Virus record (IMG/VR): IMGVR_UViG_3300011223_000002
Coordinates: 124,001 to 188,000 of that record
Source of the DNA: an uncultured virus (IMG/VR IMGVR_UViG_3300011223_000002)
Lineage: Duplodnaviria; Heunggongvirae; Uroviricota; Caudoviricetes
Strand: one strand, 5' to 3'
Length of the DNA: 64,000 bases
Below the pieces are notes generated by a model that was not told where the DNA came from, did no database searches, and saw only the letters and a list, made by a program, of their open reading frames with translations. Position 1 is the stretch's first letter; each line of letters begins with the position of its first letter. The translations under genes and the position numbers were made by a program. Below are positions 56,856 through 64,000 of this stretch, piece after piece.

Positions 56856-58490
56856 CTACTCGACCAGTTCAGTTTGAAGCAGTAGAGTGTTGAGGTTCAT
56901 GTTAACCGTCGCAGTTTGCCCTGCATAGCGACTCACCTTGAACGGTATGTTCTTGTCGAGCACTTGATGGTGACCAAACCCACCATAAGCTTTCGCTTTG
57001 GACTCGTTGTCACGGATCGCGAGCACATACATCTGATCACCGTCGAAGTCGGCGTTGTATTCACCAACCCCAGTAATCGCAATCTTGATGCTTTCGTCTT
57101 CGAGGTCGCGATTGACCTTCAGGAAGTTGGAACGTCGGCTGAGGAATTCAATCGATGGGTTCCGACCCGCCTGGATGATGCACTTCCGGTTGTCTTCAAC
57201 GTCCTTGAAGAACAGATCGACGATCGGGGTGATCTTGTACGCACTTTCCAGGATCAGTTTGCGTGCTGCATTGGGGGTGTACTTGTTACGGTACAAGTGT
57301 TGGGTGAGCTCGATTTCGAGGATCGTCGTCATCATCCGCCAAGGCATGATGATGAAATCCGCGTTGATGATCCCCGTCTGGGACGTGATCACCGATCGAC
57401 CCGTGCCTGGAACAGAGGCTGCCGCTACGTGCTTACGCCCAATCCCGTGTTTGTTGAACAAGGTTTTGGGGTTGTTAACGCTGCGGTACTGTTCAGCCAA
57501 CGCCACCAGGTTCTTGCCAACAATGTTGACGTTTTTCAGCAGCTCGCTTTCGCTGAGTTGGTACGAGTTGTTAGACTTCGCCGTGTCCGCGATTGCGTTG
57601 TACAGCTTGGCCGTGTCCGGCTGGTGTTGGTAGCTACGGATCTCCTTGCTGTTACCCGTCTTCTCGAGGACCGTGCTGTAACGGTTGGGGACTTTGATAT
57701 AATCGCAGAACGCAATGTCACGGTGCTTGAGGTAGAAGTCATGGATCTCCTTGCCACCACTGGCCTTGTACTTCGTCCACCGAGCACCTTTGCCCAGTAG
57801 GAGGTACTCCATCAGCCGGTCGCAGTTGTCATAGAACGAGTTCAGGTTGATCTCGGTAATTTCCAACTCGGCCAGCATCTGGTTGATAGCCAGCATCGAT
57901 CCATTGGACCGTCGACGTTGCTCGGAACGGTAGGTGGGGTCGATGAAATAGCGTGGCAGGGAAATCTTAGGCCCTGGATTCCCAACCGTGATGTTGTTGA
58001 AGAACGTGGTAAAGAAACCCAAGTTAACGAACTTCTTCACCCCTTCAGGGCAACGGATCCACAGGAGTGTATCTTGACCCTGTTCCAGGAACACTTCAGG
58101 TTTATAACCACACCGTGGACACACCTTATTACTGCCCTTGAGGTAGTTACCCCGCAGACCACCGGTGGTGCAACGGCACCGTGCGATGTTGTCAAAGGTG
58201 TTCGACTCGAACTCCATCCGAATCAACTTGGCAAGCCGTTCCCGATCTTCTTCGAGGTTGAAGTCGAAGTCGTTCAGGTAGACTTGTTTGAGCTGACTGG
58301 TGTCATGCAGGTAGTTGTAGTTTTCGAAGTCAGGGTACAAGGGCTGCGAGAAGATAGGGTCATCTTCCAGCGATTCGAACCGCCTTGCGTAATGCATGAA
58401 ATACGGCATGGGGTCAAGAAATTCCTCACTATACGCCGTGAGGGTTTCAATGGCGAGCCCAATGCTCTTCGTTAATGGGGGAAATTCCAT
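56856..58490 (-). CDS. Non-virion RNAP beta'-like catalytic subunit (phiKZ gp55-56.1-like), uninterrupted
   Basis: Catalytic YNADFDGDQM; RSVIT; RNPS; N-terminal Zn ribbon CRC..CPRC. Confidence 0.9.
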   Translation of the reverse strand: MEFPPLTKSIGLAIETLTAYSEEFLDPMPYFMHYARRFESLEDDPIFSQPLYPDFENYNYLHDTSQLKQVYLNDFDFNLEEDRERLAKLIRMEFESNTFDNIARCRCTTGGLRGNYLKGSNKVCPRCGYKPEVFLEQGQDTLLWIRCPEGVKKFVNLGFFTTFFNNITVGNPGPKISLPRYFIDPTYRSEQRRRSNGSMLAINQMLAELEITEINLNSFYDNCDRLMEYLLLGKGARWTKYKASGGKEIHDFYLKHRDIAFCDYIKVPNRYSTVLEKTGNSKEIRSYQHQPDTAKLYNAIADTAKSNNSYQLSESELLKNVNIVGKNLVALAEQYRSVNNPKTLFNKHGIGRKHVAAASVPGTGRSVITSQTGIINADFIIMPWRMMTTILEIELTQHLYRNKYTPNAARKLILESAYKITPIVDLFFKDVEDNRKCIIQAGRNPSIEFLSRRSNFLKVNRDLEDESIKIAITGVGEYNADFDGDQMYVLAIRDNESKAKAYGGFGHHQVLDKNIPFKVSRYAGQTATVNMNLNTLLLQTELVE

Positions 58491-58523
58491 TGACGACTCC
58501 AAAAAAGACAAAAGCAAAATAAA

Positions 58524-58551
58524 GGTTAGGAGGCCCGAAAGCCTCCTAACC
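58524..58551 (-). terminator. Terminator after chimallin
   Basis: GGTTAGGAGGC/GCCTCCTAACC followed by TTTATTTTGCTTTT on the minus strand. Confidence 0.8.
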
Positions 58552-58571
58552 CTATCGGTTGCTACCGGCTA

Positions 58572-60557
58572 TTAGCCGAAGGTTTGCGTGTAGCCGCCGA
58601 CCGGACCACCAGCGTAGATGTTGCCTGCGCCAGCGTGGGTCATGGTGGCCAGACCACCGCCTGGCATGAACACGCCCTGAGAAGGACGCAGAACTGCCTG
58701 GCTGTTGGCCACGGTCATGGTACCGATACCGTCCAGCGCTTCCGCCACAACAGCCATGAAGCCCGGGTCCCAGACGCAGGACTGAGCGAAGCTGTTGACG
58801 TGCATGTCGCCGTCGAAGATGGTCTGTTCCATTTCCATGCGCAGGCGCTGGCAACGAGCACGTGGATCGTTGTCGGTCGCACCGTACTGGGTGTTGAGGA
58901 AGTTCAGGATCTCGGCGACGTTCTTGCCCTTGGCGTTGAAGAGGAACATCTCATCGACTTCTTGAGTGTTCAGCTTCTTGCGAGTAACAGGCATGGCAGC
59001 CAGGCCGTTGATCACGAACATTGGAGTGCGGTGCAGCACTTTCTTGTCCGGGGTCCAGCCAGATTTCTGGTCGATGTTGCGTTGAACCAGTTTGGCGAAC
59101 TTGCCGGAGGACAGCGCCGACAGCACCGAGATCGTGGTCTTGACTTCTTTCTCACGGTTCTCGCTGGAGAGGCCGGTCAGGAAGTTGTTGACTGCCGAGT
59201 CGTTGCCGTTGGTCACCAGGTTGCTGCGGAAGGTGGCGTGCGGCGAAACGTTCTGGCGGATCCAGTTGTTGGTGAAGTCGATGTCGTTGATGGTCTTCTC
59301 GGTCATCATGGCGCGGTTAGGCACCGGAACACCGCCGAGCAGACTGTCGATACGACCTTCCAGGCCGATGAGGTTACCACGCTGACCAACGCTCAGACGA
59401 CGCAGAACTTCCGTGAACAGGTAGTTCGTGTTGGTCGCCATCAGCAGGTACAGGCAGTAGAAGAACGGCATCAGGCCCTGGTTGTAGTTCATCATTTCAC
59501 CGGCCAGCGCCGATTCCAGGGTGATCACAGGGTGGAGCGGCTTGTAGCCGTTCTGGTAGATGCCGCCGGTCATGCCCATCATCGCGTTGATGTCACGGTT
59601 CGGCGATTGCTGCAGAATCTGCAGGTTGCGCATGTGCTGCTCATACGGCAGGCCGGAGAGGCTGACGATGGCAGTGGCACGGGCGATTTCCTTGCTGTTC
59701 GCCGTGCTGCTGTTGTTGTTGTAGTTCTGCGCGCTGTTCGCGGTGGAAGCAACCACTTCCATGTTTGCAGCGCTCAGGGTCAGGCCCTTGGTGACACGCT
59801 CCTGGATCGAGTTGATCCGTGCTTCGGCGCAGTTGTCTTTGCCGTAGGGCTTCTTCGGATTGGAGAACGGGCTTGGCAGCTCGCCTTCGCCGGCGTTGGC
59901 CAGCAGGACAGCAGCCTTGGTGAGGAACGCAGTTTCCCACTGGTTGGCGATGTAAGCGGCCAGGCGCTTCGGACGATCTTTGACGTCGCCGGCTTCGGGA
60001 TGGTTCAGCATCTCGAGGTCGATGAGCAGCATGTTGATCAGCGCCACGTTCTTGAAGCCTTCGGACTCGCCTTGGCGTTCGAAGTGGCCACGCAGGTTGT
60101 CCATGACTTCGGCGTTGATGTAGCCAACTGGCGGGATCGGAACCGACAGGTTGGTGTTCTGGCCACCGTGGTTGAAGCGGACCGGCTCGGAAGCGTTGGT
60201 CATTTCCTTGGTGGAGAAGAGCACCGCCATGACCCACATGGTGTCTTCGACCAGGCAGTTCATGACCAGGCCCGGCAGGACGCTGGAGATCGCTGGGGTG
60301 AGGTAGTTCACCTTCGGGATCATGCGACGCTGGATGGTCGGAGTGGTCGAGCCGTCAGCGGCCTTGTACAGCTCTTCCAGCTGCTTGTGAACTTCGTTCA
60401 GTTCGAACAGGTTGCGGTTGTCCGCAGAGAAGGACATGAGCTGGAACAGACCGCCCAGGCCGGATTGAATTTGACGCTCGCCAGCACCGCCGTCTTCGCT
60501 CTGGTTCCAGTTGGAATCGTCGTTGCTCTTACCGCGTTTGCCTTGATTAACAGCCAT
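58572..60557 (-). CDS. chmA: Chimallin, phage nuclear shell protein (phiKZ gp54-like)
   Basis: About 661 aa directly upstream of the NADFDGD nvRNAP subunit; extreme codon bias; own early promoter and terminator; Gly-rich C-terminal tail. Confidence 0.75.
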   Translation of the reverse strand: MAVNQGKRGKSNDDSNWNQSEDGGAGERQIQSGLGGLFQLMSFSADNRNLFELNEVHKQLEELYKAADGSTTPTIQRRMIPKVNYLTPAISSVLPGLVMNCLVEDTMWVMAVLFSTKEMTNASEPVRFNHGGQNTNLSVPIPPVGYINAEVMDNLRGHFERQGESEGFKNVALINMLLIDLEMLNHPEAGDVKDRPKRLAAYIANQWETAFLTKAAVLLANAGEGELPSPFSNPKKPYGKDNCAEARINSIQERVTKGLTLSAANMEVVASTANSAQNYNNNSSTANSKEIARATAIVSLSGLPYEQHMRNLQILQQSPNRDINAMMGMTGGIYQNGYKPLHPVITLESALAGEMMNYNQGLMPFFYCLYLLMATNTNYLFTEVLRRLSVGQRGNLIGLEGRIDSLLGGVPVPNRAMMTEKTINDIDFTNNWIRQNVSPHATFRSNLVTNGNDSAVNNFLTGLSSENREKEVKTTISVLSALSSGKFAKLVQRNIDQKSGWTPDKKVLHRTPMFVINGLAAMPVTRKKLNTQEVDEMFLFNAKGKNVAEILNFLNTQYGATDNDPRARCQRLRMEMEQTIFDGDMHVNSFAQSCVWDPGFMAVVAEALDGIGTMTVANSQAVLRPSQGVFMPGGGLATMTHAGAGNIYAGGPVGGYTQTFG

Positions 60558-60653
60558 TTGATGAACTCCATCATGTGTAATAGAAAGTTTAGCTAAACCT
60601 GGAATCGTTTGGTGTTTGCCTACACACAAATATCCTTATGACGATTCACAAGG

Positions 60654-60669
60654 GTAATATGGGTCTGAA
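60654..60669 (-). promoter_or_regulatory. Early promoter motif upstream of chimallin
   Basis: TTCAGACCCATATTAC preceded by an A-tract on the minus strand. Confidence 0.7.
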
Positions 60670-60843
60670 ATTTTTTAGCCCTCTACGCTTTAGCCCTTTT
60701 TTTCAAGGGAAATGCTATAGGAACGTTTAATTCAAACACATACCAATTCCAAACATTGCACTCCGGTGTCCCCCGGCGTTAGCCAGGAGCGTTAGTGTGC
60801 ATATAATAGGAATTGTTATTCTTTACATCCATTTGGTGCCGAC

Positions 60844-61944
60844 ATGCTGACACTCCTGTACCCCAAGCCGTCGACAGCGGTTTATCCCAGAACACGGTTT
60901 GCTGATATGGGTAACCTTCATCGGCAGACCGAATTCAACCGCAAAGCCTTCCTGTCGTTCATAGAGGAACAGACATACGACATTGAGAACGAACACGTCC
61001 TAGTAGGATTACTCCAGCAGTTAAGTATTAATGCGGAGTGGGACCTCCAGTACGTGGTCAGCTATACCCGGTTCCGTGCATACTCATTGTGCACCATGTT
61101 CAAAATTACTTCCATGAGTCACGTGGGGTCTGCGCGGACCGACGGGTTCTATCGGGAGAGCGTACGAGAGCACTGGTGCTTGATCGAAAACGACAAGCGT
61201 TACCAGGACAACGTTTCACTCGAGGAATTGCGCCCTGTAATACCATTATGTTCTACTGTGACAAAACACATGTACACCCACACCTTTAACCGTGATGACA
61301 GGGTTAACAGCACTTATAATGATCTGGCGATCATGGGTGTAGACCTGGTTGAGCTCGCGGTGGGATGGTGGTTGTACCAACGGCAGAACCTGGTGCGGGA
61401 TGCGGGAGTACATGCTTACGTTGCCAAGTTTGTGCTGACTCAAGCTCAGTTGTGTCATAACCAACTCTCTGTGATCAATATCCTCTATGAGCATTTTGTC
61501 CACGGGGTTGTGATCGATGACTTGATTGTTACCGACAGTGTGGTGTTCAATACCGTGAGCGAAAAGCGTCTGCTTTCCATTTACTACACCCACCTGGTTA
61601 AAGCACTCACTGGTCGACGATTGGCTAACTTCGAGCACTTCCTGTCAATCATTGAAAGCATCTACGCCAAGCCATACTTCAACTATGTCCAAGCAGGTAA
61701 GAGCGCCTTGTTCTCGCAGACGGTGTGGTGCTGGGAACCGGCATTGATGAAGCTGTACTCGGTGTACCTGACGCTGGCTAACCGTGAAGGTCATATCCTC
61801 CCGGATGTCAACACCCTGGTACTGCGTACTCATGCCAAGCGGATCAACAACTATCAGCGGATTCAGGAGACCTACTTCCGCGGGTGGTTCTACGAATTGG
61901 CTGATGATCTTCTGGGGCTTGTGCAAGAAAATCTCAAAAAATAA
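60844..61944 (+). CDS. Conserved protein divergent from chimallin (phiKZ gp52-like)
   Basis: 366 aa; synteny between PolB and chimallin. Confidence 0.65.
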   Translation: MLTLLYPKPSTAVYPRTRFADMGNLHRQTEFNRKAFLSFIEEQTYDIENEHVLVGLLQQLSINAEWDLQYVVSYTRFRAYSLCTMFKITSMSHVGSARTDGFYRESVREHWCLIENDKRYQDNVSLEELRPVIPLCSTVTKHMYTHTFNRDDRVNSTYNDLAIMGVDLVELAVGWWLYQRQNLVRDAGVHAYVAKFVLTQAQLCHNQLSVINILYEHFVHGVVIDDLIVTDSVVFNTVSEKRLLSIYYTHLVKALTGRRLANFEHFLSIIESIYAKPYFNYVQAGKSALFSQTVWCWEPALMKLYSVYLTLANREGHILPDVNTLVLRTHAKRINNYQRIQETYFRGWFYELADDLLGLVQENLKK

Positions 61945-61952
61945 AGAAAGAC

Positions 61953-61982
61953 TACCAGAGAGGGCGTGAGCCCTCTCTGGTA
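61953..61982. terminator. Hairpin between convergent genes
   Basis: 13-bp stem TACCAGAGAGGGC/GCCCTCTCTGGTA with a GTGA (GNRA) loop. Confidence 0.75.
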
Positions 61983-61990
61983 ATGATTAC

Positions 61991-62206
61991 CTATTCTGGA
62001 ACAGCACCACGGTCAATCCACACTCGATTGACTTCGTCCCACTCAACTAAGTGCCGAGGGTTAAGTACCAGGTAAAGATCACCGTGATACAACGTCCCCA
62101 TAACTGACAGGAAATCCATTGTATCTACAACGCCTTGCACTAGGACTTGTAGTACAGGTTGATGTGTTGGTAATGGAAGACGATCTTTCGAAACGCAGCA
62201 ACTCAT
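61991..62206 (-). CDS. Small hypothetical protein
   Basis: 71 aa with AGGA SD. Confidence 0.45.
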   Translation of the reverse strand: MSCCVSKDRLPLPTHQPVLQVLVQGVVDTMDFLSVMGTLYHGDLYLVLNPRHLVEWDEVNRVWIDRGAVPE

Positions 62207-62215
62207 GATATTTTC

Positions 62216-62443
62216 CTAAGGTGATTGATGGACGGGGTTGTCCTCAGTCATACCGAACTCACGGTCAAGTTGTTCTAGTTCCTCTTTAAGGGCTGCCATT
62301 TCCTGGAGCTTGTTCCGATAGTCTGGGACGAAGACCACATCGCGGCCGTAAATCCTCCCATACTCCAAGAGCTCAAGCCCCAGTTGGTTGATCTTTTTCC
62401 CGTTAAAGATTGCCTTTGTTAATGCATGCGTTAGGTCAGTCAT
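62216..62443 (-). CDS. Small hypothetical protein
   Basis: GAGG SD before MTDLTH. Confidence 0.5.
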   Translation of the reverse strand: MTDLTHALTKAIFNGKKINQLGLELLEYGRIYGRDVVFVPDYRNKLQEMAALKEELEQLDREFGMTEDNPVHQSP

Positions 62444-62457
62444 TACACCTCGCGTAA

Positions 62458-63999
62458 TCAATGCTCGTCCGAAACCAATCGGGTCATTTTGCTGTTCAAG
62501 ATAAACAACCCCAAGGATTCCAGAATGGCATAGACACTCTTCAAGTTTTGTGCGATGATCAGCCGATCGTCAATTGCTGAACGGAACTCTTTCGGAATAC
62601 CGCCAATCCCTTCAATTAAGTTAGTTGGGACGTAGAGTGATGACAGCGCGGTTTTGTCGCCCATGAAGTTCTCCAGTGCGGCACGGAAGTTTTTGTCTTC
62701 CAGTGTCTCGTAGAACTCCTGCAAACGTTTCTTGCCGTCAAGACTAAGGTTAACCTTGTACGCTTTATAAGGAATCGCAGGGGCTTCTCCGTATCGCGCA
62801 CTCAGGACCTCTTCCCACAACTTGTGATAGAAGTACACTGTTGAGTCTGGGTTCTTGTAAACGGTTTCATGTTTGATGTTGTTGTGCGTCAACCAGAACC
62901 ATCCACCTTCTTCCAGGTTTTGTTTCAGCGCCCGTTCGATGTCACCGACCTCCTTGAGGATGTCAGGGGCTGACAGCGTCTTCCGAGTATACAAGGCATC
63001 CAGTACCCTTCGCATGAGCTTGTTGGTGAAGTTACGCACCAACTCTGCGATCTTCACGCCTCGCAGATGCACGCCTTTCAGTTCGAGGGCAGGTTTGGCG
63101 TTCAACACCCCTTCTACCATGAGCTGCAATGCGTAGTAGTGTTTCGACATCATCGTGGTAACATACGACGCGAACAGGTACTCGTTCTTCATGTTCAGTC
63201 GGTTCTGGTACTTCGCCGACACGTTCATGTTTCGACTGAGCTGCGCGTGCTGATCGACCGCAATGCAACGAATGAAATACGTCAACACCCCGTTGAACTT
63301 CAGCGCAGTGCCCGCATCGGAAACATAATCATCAATGATCATGTCGACCGAGTAGATTACCGAGTCTGTGTCGGACGTCATCACACTTTCGCGGACAATG
63401 TCCTTGACGTTAAAGATCCCAGTCGGGGGAATCCGCGACTTAAAGAAAGCCCGTAGGAATTTCTCCCACTTCTGCTCAACCCCCACATGGTAGTTGTTCA
63501 GGAAGTTGATTTCTGCCGCACTGGCATCCTTGGGCAGCTTGGTAATGCAAAGAATCTTGTAGTCGCTGTTGGCCGGCTTGGCATAATCCGACGCAGTGGT
63601 GCCCTCAGGCATTGTCGGTGTAGCACACCAATCGTTAAAGAACCGTTTCATCAGGTCCATGTTGGTCACATATAACCCGCGAAGGTCGAGGACACACAGG
63701 ATGACGGTCAGTTCCAACGGAGTCATGTTTTGCAACAACAATCGGATGGCGTTCAGCGACTCAGGGTTTCGCCAGTAGTAACGACTGCAACGCACCACCA
63801 TGTCCATGACCTGGTCAACGGTGGCATAGTTCATGCCGTACTCGTCGATCACTTCTTGAATCAGGTCCTGGTCAGCGTATTGCAGCTGGGCGATGAAACC
63901 CTCAACGGTCTTGTTATAACTCAACAACAACCGGTTACCCGTGATCAGTCGTTCGTTGATCAGGTTGGCGGTAGAGGTCAGCGCACGGCACGTGGAGGT
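62458..63999 (-). CDS. Family B DNA polymerase catalytic subunit (phiKZ gp50-like); 5' end lies outside the window
   Basis: Motif C MTSDTDSVIY; MKNEY; SKHY; ELKGVHL; frame is open to the window edge (TSTCRALTSTAN). Confidence 0.85.
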   Translation of the reverse strand, partial: TSTCRALTSTANLINERLITGNRLLLSYNKTVEGFIAQLQYADQDLIQEVIDEYGMNYATVDQVMDMVVRCSRYYWRNPESLNAIRLLLQNMTPLELTVILCVLDLRGLYVTNMDLMKRFFNDWCATPTMPEGTTASDYAKPANSDYKILCITKLPKDASAAEINFLNNYHVGVEQKWEKFLRAFFKSRIPPTGIFNVKDIVRESVMTSDTDSVIYSVDMIIDDYVSDAGTALKFNGVLTYFIRCIAVDQHAQLSRNMNVSAKYQNRLNMKNEYLFASYVTTMMSKHYYALQLMVEGVLNAKPALELKGVHLRGVKIAELVRNFTNKLMRRVLDALYTRKTLSAPDILKEVGDIERALKQNLEEGGWFWLTHNNIKHETVYKNPDSTVYFYHKLWEEVLSARYGEAPAIPYKAYKVNLSLDGKKRLQEFYETLEDKNFRAALENFMGDKTALSSLYVPTNLIEGIGGIPKEFRSAIDDRLIIAQNLKSVYAILESLGLFILNSKMTRLVSDEH

Positions 64000-64000
64000 C

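Noticed and set aside
58584..60596. 670-aa + strand ORF opposite chimallin
   Set aside because: Mirror frame of a highly biased gene; V/D/H/L-rich composition typical of shadows.
1..64000. Alternative genetic code or stop-codon recoding
   Set aside because: Core genes translate full length under the standard code, with TAA, TAG and TGA all used as stops.

Overview
This is a 64 kb segment of a phiKZ-like, nucleus-forming jumbo phage (Chimalliviridae-type), probably infecting a Pseudomonas-like host. Most genes are on the minus strand, and their order follows the conserved phiKZ core block from about gp118 down to gp50. From left to right: the 3' end of a DnaB-like helicase, a small early accessory cluster, baseplate/neck genes, a paralogous family of inner-head proteins with G-x-E prohead-protease sites, the exonuclease half of a split family-B DNA polymerase, a virion RNAP beta' piece, and an accessory island (an HNH endonuclease, a degenerate HNH paralog, and a tandem 'EQD' family). 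Next come an SF2 helicase carrying a class-3 LAGLIDADG intein, the non-virion RNAP subunits (intron-free here), the nucleus module (gp70-like, PicA/Imp1-like, sigma-like, ChmC-like, SbcD-like, chimallin), and the catalytic half of PolB. All phiKZ gp numbers are assigned from recalled synteny, size and motifs, not from a database search. The most unusual non-coding or recoding signals are: two multi-stem palindromic intergenic elements sharing a CACTCAC(T)CGCTATC motif beside the helicase, a terminator/antiterminator switch at 7676-7710, a family of CCTACC...GGTAGG hairpins, a five-copy early-promoter motif, and a possible -1 frameshift or CTG-coupled start in the gp77-like locus.
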